DNA of 64,000 bases, from NCBI GenBank assembly GCA_964016885.1, contig OZ024742.1, positions 204,042,001 to 204,106,000 of the forward strand. The letters run 5' to 3'. Of the stretch, positions 12,801 to 24,300 are shown piece by piece. The notes under the pieces were generated by a model. That model saw only the letters and a program-made list of their open reading frames with translations, had not been told where the DNA came from and searched no databases. How positions within the stretch are numbered: position 1 is the stretch's first letter; each line of letters starts with the position of its first letter. Both the position numbers and the translations under genes were made by a program. The DNA comes from Eledone cirrhosa. Lineage: Eukaryota.

Positions 12801-13667
12801 TGCAATCCAGGAAGGAGATTAGCACGAAATACTTGATTCACAAAAGAGATAGGGATGCAGGCAAAACACCTAGATGTGATAACAAGTGCAGACTCTGCAG
12901 AACTAACATCGAGGATATCACCCATGTCATCAGCAGCTGTCCAAAGAGGTCATCGCGGTACTATCTACCTATGGGGTATGACGTACAATGCAGTTCGTAA
13001 AAAAGATAGCCCCGATAATAAACACATTAAAAGCTACAACAATGTGGAAGACATCCATGTACATAATATGAAAGAGTACTGGTGGAATTTTCCAGTAAAA
13101 ACTCCAATAAAATGCAGGCATAAAAGACCAGATATTATGATATGGGACAGGGAGAAGAAAACATGCACAGTAGTGGAAATTAACTGCCCAGCAGATGCCA
13201 ATATAATATCAAAGATCTGTGAAAAGGAGAATATTTATGCAGATACTCCACCCTGATTACACCTTCAGATTTATGCCTGTGATAATTGGGGCACTGGGAT
13301 ATGTTAGTAACTGTCTCAATACAAATCTTGAGAAGCTAGGCTTCACAGGAACAGAAAGAACACAACTAGTTAGGAAATTACAAGTACAATCCATTAATGG
13401 AACAGTAAAAATATGTAAAACATTCCAAAAATGTTGCATAAAATAACTGCATATACACATGTACAGATACAAAGCATATACACAAGCACACATACAACTC
13501 AAAACATACACATCCACACATACAATAACATCCATATCTACACATACATGCATACATATCTTCCTAGTTGATGTTGTATAAATTCCAATGAGAGAGTCTT
13601 GTGTCTATGTTAGAAACCGACTCTCTCTCTATTGGTAAAACTTTGTGAAATTATAAAACCAGAAGTC
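9872..13667 (+). mobile_element. R4/Dong-like non-LTR retrotransposon (RT, CCHC, restriction-like endonuclease), near full length and decayed, in (CATA)n
   Basis: Fragmented ORFs from 10005 to 13446 give GYMNRMK..W, KNYRAI, WLDYRKAFNSVPHSW, FFVDDLKLYA, DIDRLYLKRKQGGRGL, CRLCRTNIEDITHVISSC and RPDIMIWD..VVEINCP. The flanks are atacatacata and (CATA)n. Confidence 0.88.
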
Positions 13668-13702
13668 CATACATACATACATACATACATACATACATAC
13701 AT

Positions 13703-14310
13703 GGTGGCTGCCAACTTGTTTTCGAGTACGGCCACTACTTTATATCCATGTAGGAGAACCCCTACCGATGCCCTGAACGAGTGTGACTTTTTAGTCCAGC
13801 CAGCGACTTGAAAACTCTGGTACAAACACTACACTTGTGACAATTATTGACACATAGTGCTGGGCCCATGGTACCATGTGACGACAAGGGGAAGAGAGAT
13901 CTCCAGATATAAAGCAATGCCTGTGCCGTAAAGCTTTTATAGTGAGCAAAGGCACTGCACAAAGCCAGTCCCACTCTCTTAACCAAGATGATATTTATCA
14001 AAAAGAAGAACAAGTCAACATCATTGGATACCATCAGGGTTGCAGGTGTTATATCAGAGTTTTCCTTCTCCTAGAATTCTGCATTGACAAAGGCTAAGGG
14101 GTCATCTCTCCCGGTGATTTTGGATGGCCATTGACTCTTAAGAGTTCCTTTTCCCTTTGACAGGTTTTGTTTTTAGTCCTGCAGGATGTCCTAAGTCACC
14201 CTCCTCACCACGAAACCTTGATGGGGTTGCCAGTTTAGTCGCCAACGACCCGACCATGTGACAGGCTGTACTGGGATACATGTTACCAGTAGCACCAACT
14301 GGTGAACTGA
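13703..14310 (-). mobile_element. Short non-autonomous RTE-derived element (5' UTR-like part fused to the ORF C-terminus and 3' UTR), copy 1
   Basis: The minus strand carries an RTE 5'-UTR-like motif ctaggagaaggaaaactctga and a terminal C2H2 HKCSVCTRVFKSLAGLKSHTRS followed by a short 3' UTR and (GTAT)n. There is no RT or endonuclease. Confidence 0.7.
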
Positions 14311-14332
14311 CATACATACATACATCCATACA

Positions 14333-14859
14333 TGGTGGCTGCCAACTCGTTTTCGAGTACGGCCACTACTTTATATCCATGTAGGAGAACCCCTACCGAT
14401 GCGCTGAACGAGTGTGACTTTTTAGTCCAGCCTGCGACATGAAAACTCTGGTACAAACACTACACTTGTGACAATTATTGACACATAGTGCTGGGCCCAT
14501 GGTACCATGTGACGACAAGTGCACAAGTGCACAGAGATCTCCAGATATAAAGCAATGCCTGTGCCGTGAAGCTTTTATAGTGAGCAAAGGCACTGCACAA
14601 AGCCAGTCCCACTCTCTTAACCAAGATGATATTTACCAAAAAGAAGAACAAGTCAACATCATTGGATACCATCAGGGTTGCAGGTGTTATATCAGAGTTT
14701 TCCTTCTCCTAGAATTCTGCCTTGAGGGGTCATTGGCTAAGGGGTCATCTCTCCCGGTGATTTTGGATGGCCATTGACTCTTAAGAGCTCCTTTGCCCTT
14801 TGACAGGTTTTATTTTTAGTCCTTCAGGATGTCCGAAGTCACCCTCCTCACCAAGAAAC
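14333..14859 (-). mobile_element. Copy 2 of the RTE-derived element, 5'-truncated, tandem to copy 1
   Basis: Near-identical to 13703-14218, with (CATA)n on both sides. Confidence 0.75.
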
Positions 14860-15104
14860 ATACATACATACAAACAGACAAATTTTTGTTTATTTGCCAC
14901 GAGGGCACAAAAGAAAGGGACATGTACATGGGGGGGGGGGGGTTACATATAAGTCGAGTAAGAAAAATGTAATAAATAGAATTGTAACAAGAAGGTCCTC
15001 AAGAGGGAGGGGTCGTTTTGGGGTCACACACACCCCCGAAAAAAAATGTGCGACCCTTCTCCACGGGAGCACAAAGAGAGGGTGCCCCATTCTTCCTTTT
15101 CCAC

Positions 15105-18100
15105 CTACAGGCTGAGGTAGAGAGAAGGCCCATTCACACGGGCCATTCTCGCAACTTTCACCCACCTTTCATAAAACTGGCTGGAGTGAAGCACCTCTCT
15201 CCCCATCCTGATCTTTCTTCCGAAATGGTATCGGAAGAAAAGGACCAGTTGTTGGCCGGAAAGAAGGTGTCCGACCTCAGCCCTTTTAGACGCGTCCACC
15301 ATATAACCTTTTTACCATGGCTATTACACATAGGAAGACCGTCTCTCCTTCATTTTTGAAGGGGGGAGGCGGCTTGATCGTTACAATGGACTCGGTGGTC
15401 AACCTAATTGGTCCCACCCGCGACAGCAGTTGTTCGACATAGCCCCACAGATCGGAAACGCCCGGGCAGTGCACCAATGCGTGCGCGACGGTTTCCTCGT
15501 CGCGCACGCATCTGGGACAGATCTTTTTCGAGGGGTCCTTACTCGGGCGCCCGTGTCTGTAGAGCTTATCCCGAACGGGCAGAGCCCCTCGGTAGCACTG
15601 CCAGGCCAAGGACTTCTGGAAGTTGTCCATAGGTCCCGGGCCGAAAGTCCTACCGAATAGACTGTCCAGTTCGTCCTCCTCCATGCCTAGGGTTTCTCCG
15701 ATGGCGTCGTCGCACCTGCTAACCACCAGCCCTCTATAGAATGACGAGGTGGAGTCTCCACCGATAGCCGGGTCCGCCTGCCAGAGAGCCGTGAGCGCCT
15801 GGGCACACTCGGTGTGCCAGTCGCCCAGTTTTCTCGGTCTTTGCTTCACCCAGGACTGCAGCTCGGTGAGCGAGACGAGCCTCGGGAAGGCTCGCCTCAC
15901 AAACGGGGCCCACACCAGTTGACCGGTGAGGAATACCTGGAAGTGCCTTAGCCTCAATGCGTGTTTACGCATTTTTAGCCACTGAATCCCCAGCCCTCCT
16001 TTCAAAGGGTGTTGACAGCAGATGGATCTCCTCACCAGAGGAGACCTCTTCTTCCAAAGGAAATAAAAGAGAGCGGGCTCCATTTTGGCGAGGATCTCAC
16101 CCGGGCAAGGTACGACAGTCAAGCGGTAATAGATGACGGACGCTATGTAAGCGTTCGCCACCTCCGCCCGACCTTTCAGGGATAGTTTGCACTCGGCCCA
16201 CTTCTGGGTCAGTGCAAACACCCTATTCGTCACCTCACCCCAGTTTTTCTCCACCTGGAGGTCTGGTCCGAATCAGACCCCAAGCAACTTCACCGGGCCC
16301 TCCGTCCACCGTCCGACGGTTCAGCTTAGCCCCTGTCAACCTTTCGTACTCCTCCAGTAAGGTGCCGATTGCCTCGATTTCCGCGGTGGTCGACACCATT
16401 ACTATTACGTCATCGGCGTAGGCCGACACCGCTTTGCGCAATCCCGGTTCCAAAGGGATGCCCTGCAACAACTCCAACTTCCGCAGTAGTGGCTCGAGAG
16501 CCAATACATACAGAAGGGAGGAGAGAGGGCACCCCTGTCGGATGGAGCGGGTGATTTCGAACGGCTCCGAGAGGTAGCCGTTCACCTTGACTCTAGAGCA
16601 GGTTGTCGTGGATGGACCTGGACGAGATAGCGCATGTCTGCGCATCTCCCACCAGGCCCCCCACGACAAGCGCCAACCTCTTCGCTAACACCTTGGCCAA
16701 ACACTTTAACTCTGCATTTAGCAGAGTTATGGGCCTAAAATTACTAATGTCATCCCCCTTGTTCTCGTCCTTCCTCACTAGCGAGACTACGCCCTTGGTC
16801 ACAGAACAAGGAATTCTCCCGTTCTGTTGCCAGTTGCAGTAGACCGCCTCGAGGAGATCGGGGAACAAGTCCGGCATATTAATATATAGTTCGTAGGGCA
16901 GACCATCGAGTCCTGGAGATTTGCGTTTGCCGCATAGGCTCAGCACGTCCCCTATTTCAGCAGCTGAGATCGGCCCGTCGCAGGACCTCGCCTCCTTGTC
17001 CGAAAGACGCGGCAGGCCGTCGAGGTGTGGACCGAAATCCACATCTCCATCCGGCCCCCGCCCCTACCGAACAATCGGGCAAAGTGCCTTTGAAAGGTCT
17101 CGCACATTTGCTTAGGTTCAAGGATCACCCGTCCATCCTGGTCTCGCAAAGACCGGATAGTGGATCTAATGCCACTTTTGGCTTCTGTCACGCGGGCCCA
17201 GCTAACAGCTTTGGTTCCCTCGTTTCCCAGAGCACGTATTTTGCTTCGGATAACGCAGCCTTCGTGTTTCGCGTCGAAGAACTGGTTCAAGACCGTTCTC
17301 GACGCTTGCACTCTGGCCACGTTGCCGCTTCTCATTGCCTCTTCAACATTAACTACCAACTCCCTTTCCTTCCTATTTCTATCTGAGGCTAACTCCTTAC
17401 TAACTCCTATTGAAACTACTCTAATCTCTCTTTTTAGAGAGCCCCACCACCTGGTGTTGACGATGGCGCCCGTCAACCGCTCCTTAACTAAGGTTCTAAT
17501 CCGGTCCCTGTAAGCTCTACTTGCCGGTAAGGACAAGTTGAGCTTCCAGTAACCGGGTCCCTGCCTATGCGTTCTATCAAGGTGGACTACGCAGGTCACT
17601 AACTTGTGGTCTGAATAGCCCACCATGAGCATTTCTGGACAACTTAAAAAGTCCCTATCCTTAATTCTAACGAAGAACCTATCTAGGTACGATCTAGATT
17701 GACCACTGTTATTTGACCAAGTTCAGGTTGGCACAGTCGAAAAATCTAGTCGATATCTATCGGCCAGGTCGAATCGGCCGATTAACACCTTGAGGCTGTT
17801 ACACCCCCCTCTATCCTATCGGGACATGCCCCTACATAGTCCCAACGTGCATCTAGGATACCATTCCAGTCCCCTACTAAAAGCAAGGAGCGGGACGTCC
17901 CTAGAAAAGTCTCCAGACGATGGAAGAAGTCCGACTGCATTTCCCCAAAAGGGGCGTATACGGCGACAAGCCTAAAAGCTTCGCCTTCACCACTGCCAAG
18001 GTCCAGAACCACGAGTCGACCCTCCGGGTCCAAGTGTACTGTCTGTGTAGCGAGACCCAGGTGTTTTTGTAGCAGAACGACAACCCCACCCCCACCTCCG

Positions 18101-18291
18101 GGCTCACAGAGAGATGCGTGCATCTCAAAGACATCAATGGTGGGGGCTAGTTGTAGCACGCTGCTGATCCGGGCCTCGCAAATAACCATCACATTTATAC
18201 ATTGTGACCTGAGGTCATTTATAAGTTTAGCTTGCTTCCAAGGTGAGCCCAGGCCACGCGTATTTAGACAACCTACTCTTAACACAGCCAT
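15105..18291 (-). pseudogene. Tx1-like family A ORF2 (APE-RT), with frameshifts and internal deletions
   Basis: ORF pieces are 17782-18291, 16952-17632, 16593-17042, 16235-16669, 15286-16254 and 15105-15302. The DQSKAFDRV segment seen in elements B and C is missing at about 16595. Confidence 0.88.
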
Positions 18292-18314
18292 GTTGGTGGT
18301 AAAGAAAGAGGCAC

Positions 18315-20104
18315 TTACCTCTCTGCGTCCCGGGGTCCGGGCTGCTCAGTTTCCATGGGGGTGGTGGAGGGGTTGTTGGGTAGGGTGGTGGTTTGTGGTG
18401 GTGTGGGGGTATTAGTGTGTGGAGGGGTTGGGGTGTTTGGAATTGTGTCGGTGTTTGAGGAGCGGAGGGGAAAACCTTTCAGGAGGACGCGGTTGAGTGG
18501 CCTGGTGCAGGGTGGCCCCACGTCCTCGGGGTAAATGTTTTTCAATGTTTTGAAATTGTTAAGTGGGACTTTCACCATTTTCAGGTTAGGGAGTCCCATT
18601 GCCATTGCAAAATTCGGCCCTTCGGTTTGTACCGAAGGGTTGTTGTCTATTTTTTCTGTTAAGTTTTTATTGTTTTTGTTTATGTATGTGTATCGTTTTT
18701 GTGTTGTGTTTGTTTTTGCTTGTTGTTCTTGAGTGAGCTTGCGTTTTGTTGTCTGTTTTGTGTTGTCAGGTGGGATTATTTTTGTTTGTGTGGTGTGTGT
18801 ACGTTTTTTCCTTTTCACTTTTTGGAAGGGAGCCCCCTCGTCTTCCGAGGATATGAGCTCCTCTTCCGTATTGGAGGGGAGGGGTATATTTCCAGGTTGT
18901 GTATGAACTGCGTGTGTTTTTGTATTTGTGTTCTGTGGGGAGGGGCTGGGTGGGACCGTGTTTTGGGTTGTTTTCTTGAGCTGTTGTTGATGTTGTTGTT
19001 GTGGTGGTGGTGGTGGAGGTGGTGTTATTGGTTTTTGTTGTCGTTGTGGTGGTGATGGTAGTGTATATTGTTGCTTTTGCGGTGGTGGTGCTTGTTGTTT
19101 TTGTTGTTGTGGTTTTTGTAGCAGTGGTTTTTGTGTTGTTAGTAGAGGGCAGGCAATCCTCAGGTGACCTCTGCCAGCGCAGTTGTAACATGAGGGCCTC
19201 CTGCCTTCCACCGTAATATTAATAAAGGTTTGACCATCCAGTAGGACTCGGTCGGGTATTCCGGCGATTCTCTCAGGTGTCATCTGTAAGAGAACCTCCA
19301 GACTTTTCCCCCCGAACAGTCCACTGGTGGACTCCCCTGTGGATATTAGGATGTCCTTTTCTAGGTCTGTGAATCCTGTCAGGACGGACCAGATGTTTAC
19401 TTCTGGCATTGAGCTCCACATTATTAGTCTTTGTGTTCTTCCTTTATATGTGGGGAAGAAGGTGTATTGTGGTGACACTATAGGTGCCACCGAGCATTTT
19501 TGAGCCAGCATTTCGTCCTTCATTCGGACCATAATGCTGGCATACAGCTTTCCTCTTTCAATAAAGAGTATGTCTTTTTTTATGTCTTTCAGAACCAGCT
19601 CAATTTGACTTTCTGTTAATTGAGCTGGATTTCTTGTTGCGTTGGATATAGTCCTGAAGGTTATGGTATTCCTATATACCTGTTGACGAACTTCTTCTGG
19701 GGAGTTGATCGTAAAAGAACCATCCTCCCCAAAAGATACGTATTTTCTGGCATTTAGCAAGTTCTGCTTAGCGTTTGTAATGTCTATGGGCTTGTATTCA
19801 ATAGCTTTCCTGACCGCTTGGGCAAAAGAAACTTTGCTGTGTCTTTGTTGCTTTCGCTTCGTTCATTGTTGCTTGTTGTTGCAATGTTGTTGGTTTCATC
19901 TTTTGTGGTGTTTATTTCCTTGTTATTTTTATCAAAATTTAGGTTTTCACTCGTATTAACAGTCTTTTTTCCATTCGAGAGGAGGGGTTGTTCAACAGTT
20001 TGAATTGTTGTTCCCTCTTTCTCGCTTTTTTTGGTTAGCTTCCAATATGGCTTCCTCGTTTTCAATGATATCGATAAACATTTTGAATTAAATATTTTTT
20101 TCAC
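18315..20104 (-). pseudogene. Tx1-like family A ORF1 (zinc knuckle, Q/P/T-rich), one frameshift near 19790
   Basis: ORFs 19784-20104 and 18315-19760, with VEGRRPSCYNC..GH...C. Confidence 0.8.
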
Positions 20105-20258
20105 CCCAAAAGGGGCGAAAATATATTTACCCTACGTCTACAGTCCCAGGCGAGGGGTTAGAGTCAACAATAGTAAAACAATTTAAATAATACACTCACA
20201 AATAACCAAGTAAAGATTCAAAATCGAAGAGCCGATGTGTAAGACGTCTACTATCAAC

Positions 20259-20345
20259 GACAGACAGACAGATAGACAGGCAGACAGACAGATATACAGA
20301 CAGAAAAAACAGACAAACGAACTGACAGACATTAATATTGACAGA
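20259..20345. repeat. (GACA)n degenerate microsatellite
   Basis: Read directly. It abuts the 5' end of Tx1-like element A. Confidence 0.85.
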
Positions 20346-20671
20346 CAAATATTGTTTGTGAATAAAAATTGGAAATTTATTGACTTTGTTATAAAAACCG
20401 TGGAAATAAACAGTATTAACTTATATTTTACATGCTATATACATTATATAGAGTACATTGAACTGACTATACACATTTGTAGAGAAGAGAAACAAAAGAC
20501 TTGAGGATGTTAAACAGATAAAAAAAAGCGTAAAACTGTTTCCAATTAAAGTGGTGTTGATATATAACCGATAATATATCAATGAAAGCTTAAAGTGACG
20601 ATTGTGGCAAATACTAATACTACTAATAATAATAATAATGATAATGATGATGATGGTGGTGGTGTTGATAA

Positions 20672-20915
20672 TGGTTTCTTTATTGGCCACAAGGGCTAAC
20701 ATGAAGAAAAACATTACAGACGGCACAAAATGGGTTTTGGCTGTGCGATAAAGGTTATAACAAGAAAATAGAAATGTGTAAAAACAAATTAAAACATTCA
20801 AACAAAAATTCCCCAATAGTGGGGGAACCTCCGAGGGTCACTTGTGGCAAAAACCACACAAAAGACCACGGCTACCCAGACCACCAGCGCAAGCGCCCTC
20901 CCTCAGTCTACAGGC
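20672..20915 (-). mobile_element. 3'-UTR fragment of a related Tx1-like family
   Basis: It shares tttctttatt..ccacaaggg, aattccccaatag..ggggga and gaccaccagcgcaag.gccctc with the 3' UTRs of elements B and C. Confidence 0.75.
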
Positions 20916-20947
20916 GCTGGTGTTAATAATGATGATGATGGTGGTGG

Positions 20948-21035
20948 TTTCCGATTTAGGCACAAGGTCAACAATATTTTGTTTGGGGGGGGGGGAGTCG
21001 AATAAATCGACCCCCGGCTAGTTCCTGGTACTTTA
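20948..21035 (-). mobile_element. SINE 3' fragment
   Basis: ggcacaaggtcaacaat...aaatcgacccc...ctggtactttat is similar to the SINE tail. Confidence 0.5.
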
Positions 21036-21107
21036 TAACAATAGTGATAATGATGATAATGATGATGATGACAATGATGGTGAAGATGTTAATAATAATA
21101 ATAATAA

Positions 21108-21293
21108 TTGATTCTACTTTAGGCACAAGGCCAGCAATTACCCAGTGCATTACTGGTGCTTTATTTTATCGACCCCGTAAGGATGAAAGACAAAGTCAAC
21201 CTCAGCGGGATTTCAACTCAGATCGTAAAGGGACGTAACTATGCTGGAAAGCATGGCGTCCGACCCTCTACCGATACTGCCAATCCACCGCCC
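21108..21293 (-). mobile_element. Full-length tRNA-derived SINE in (TAA)n
   Basis: The head is gggcggtggattggcagtatcggtag, with the same core and tail as 4628-4805. Confidence 0.88.
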
Positions 21294-21295
21294 TC

Positions 21296-21326
<31 letters not shown>

Positions 21327-21332
21327 AATAAT

Positions 21333-24300
21333 GCTTTCTTTATTAACCACAAGGGTTTACATAAAGTAGATATTAAGGACAGTACAGGACAATACAGGAC
21401 GGTACAAATGGGAATTTCTGCGTGTAAAAAAAAACAGAGGATGTAATAAAAAATAACAATGAAAAATTCCCCATTAGGGGGGAGACTTCCGAGGGACATT
21501 TGTGGAGAAATCCCATTAAAAAGCCACAGTGACCCTGACCACCAGCGCAAGTGCCCTCTCCCAGTTTTCCACCTTTAATTTACAGACACATACTCAGAGT
21601 AGGCCCATTCACTCGGGCCATTCTTGCTTCTCTCACCCATCTTTCAACAAAATGCTGGGAAGAGAGCACTTCCCTCTCTACCCTGATTTTCCTTTTCAAA
21701 TGAAATTTGAAAAAGTTAATCAGGGCATCACCGAAGAGGTAAGTGCTCGTCTTCAGCCCTTTCAAACGTGTCCACCATACTACCTCTTTCGCCATGGCCA
21801 CCAGACAGATAAAAACTGCCAGCCCTTCCCGTCTAAAGGAAGAGGGCGGGGCAATCCTCACGATGGACTCAGCTGATAGCTGGATCCGTCCTACACGTGA
21901 CAGCAGGTGTTCGACATAAACCCACAAATCAGAAATGCTCGGACACTGGACAACTGCGTGCAGGGCGGTTCGTCGCCCTGCGCGCATCTAGGACATGCCC
22001 GACTGGCGGCACCTCCATGCCTGTACAATTTATCCCGAACTGCCAAAGCTCCTCAGTAGCACTGCCAGGCCAGGGATTTCTGGAAGTTGTCCATAGGCCC
22101 TGGCCCGAAAGTCCTTCCGAAGAGATTGGCTAGTTGATTTTCGTCGACGCCTAGAGTTTCTCCAAGTACGTCGTCGCTCTTCCCCTCCACTAATCCTCTA
22201 TAGAACGCCAAGGTGGAGTTTCCACCGATCACATTGCCCGATTGGTCGAGGGCTGTGAGCGCCTGAAGACATTCCAGTCTCCAAGCGCTCCCTCTCGGTC
22301 TTCGCTTGACCCAGGACTGCAGCTCCGTCAAGGAGACGAGCTGGGGAAAAACGTGTCTCGCAAACGGCGACCACACCTGATCACCGTCGAGGAAGAGGTG
22401 GAGATGTCGTAGCCTGAGCGCGTGTCTGCGCATCATCAGCCACGGCATGCCCAGCCCTCCACGTAGCGGGTGTTGACAGCAGATGAACCGCCTGACCATC
22501 GGAGCGCGTCCCTTCCACAAAAAGCGAAAGAGCAAACGCTCCAGCGCAGTCAGGCGGGGCTTAGGACAAGGTACGACGGTCAGGCGGTAGTAGATGACGG
22601 ACGCGATGTACGCGTTGGCCACCTCCGCTCGAACTTTAAGGGATAGCTTCCTCTCCGCCCATTTCTGGGTGAGAGAAGCCACCCAGCTCGTCACCTCGTT
22701 CCAGATTTTGTCTGTCTGGAGGTCCGGACCGAAACAGACCCCTAGCAATTTAACAGGTCCGTCCGTCCAGCGCCCGACGACGCTGTTGGGTGGCATGGAC
22801 CTGCCTCTCCAGGTGCTGAGCTGCAGGCCCACTGACTTTTCCTTGTTGATCATTGCTCCTGTCACCGCTTCGTATTCTCTTAGTGTAGTGCCGATCGCCT
22901 CGATGTGTTTGGCGTTCGATACCACTACGGTGACATCGTCCGCATATGCTGACACGGATCTTCCGCATCCTAATTCGCGCGGGAACCCCCTCAACGTCTC
23001 CAGTTTGTGCAGTAATGGCTCGAGAGTCAATACGTACAAGAGGGACGAGAAGGGACATCCTTGGCGGATCGAGCACATGATGTTGAACGGTTCCGAAAGG
23101 TGACCGTTCACTCTCACCACAGAGCAGATGTCGCTGTGCATGGCAGCGATCCAGCCTCTGAAGACGGGCCCAAAGCCAGCCGCCCTCAGCACTGCCGCTA
23201 GGTAACGATGGTCGACCCTATCAAAAGCTTTCGACTGATCTAAATTGATCAAGGACCCACCCGTGCCAGGTTCCCTAGCTAACCTCTCTACGATGTATCG
23301 CATGAGGTGGAGGTTTTCGTGGATGGATCTGTCGGGAATGGCACACGTCTGCGCCTCTCCCACCAGACCACCAACGACAAGCGCCATCCTCTTTGCTAGC
23401 ACCTTGTCCAAAATCTTGAACTCTCTGTTTAGCAGAGTTATGGGCCTGAAATTATCTATGTTATCACCCTTGTTCGGATGCTTTCTCAGCAGCGCCACAG
23501 CTCCTCGGCTCACAGAGCTGGGAATTCTCCCGTTCTGTTGCCAGTTGCAGTAGACGTCCGCCAAGAGGCCTCCGAACAAGTCTGGCATCTCTACGTAAAT
23601 TCATAGGGCAGACCATCCAAACCAGGCGATTTACCCCTTGTGCAGCAAGTCATTGCCTCCCGTACTTCAGTGGCCGAGAGCCGCGGCAGTCTGTCGGGGT
23701 AGACACTAAAGTCCATCCCTCGATCCGGCCCGCCGCTGCTCGCGAACAGCTGTGCGAAGTGTCGTTGTAAAGCTTCACACATTTGCCCGGGATCGAGTAG
23801 CATGCGCCCGTCGTGGTCCACCAAAGACCGGATCGTGGTTTGTTGCCACGACGCGCCTCCACCACTCGGGCCCATTGAACGGCTTTCGTCCCCTCGTGTC
23901 TGAGAGCACGCACCCTAGCTCTGACAGCGCAGCCTTCGTGCTTTGCATTGAAGAATTGGTCAAGGGCCAATTTCGCCGCAAGTACGTCGGTCGCGATGCC
24001 TTTGCTAAGCGCCTCGTCTAATTTTCTAACTAATTCTCCCTCTGCTCTATTTTTCTCTATTGCTAAAGCCTTACTAAACCTAATGGACTCTATTCTAATT
24101 GCTCTTTTCAGAGCAAACCACCACTTGTTGACGATGGCCCCCGTCAACACCCGCTTAACTAGTTCGCTAATCCGGTCTCTGTAGGCCTTGCGCGCTGGTA
24201 AGGACGCGTTTAGCTTCCAGTAGCCGGGTTCTCGTCTATAAAGCCTATCTATGTCAAGCACACATATCACGATTTTGTGGTCCGTGTAGCTGACTATCTT

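Larger units (their letters stand above)
14881..20258 (-). mobile_element. Tx1/L1-like LINE, family A, in a (GACA)n microsatellite
   Basis: ORF1 has a CCHC knuckle (CYNCAGRGHLRIAC). ORF2 has an APE domain (LNTRGLG, VYAP, GDWN, SDH), RT (KSPGLDG, FRPITLLN, QGCPLS, AYADD) and a C-terminal CPRC..E..H...C. AATAAA is at about 14889-14894. Confidence 0.92.

Noticed and set aside
14225-14310. Canonical HDV-like ribozyme
   Set aside because: A P4-like hairpin and CUAA are present, but P1, P3 and L3 could not be formed.
13762-14593. Host C2H2 zinc-finger genes
   Set aside because: Each is a single finger at an ORF end followed by a short UTR and a repeat tail, as in RTE-type LINE C-termini.
21200-21293. 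tRNA genes at SINE heads
   Set aside because: A and B boxes are present, but there is no cloverleaf and each is fused to a SINE core and tail.
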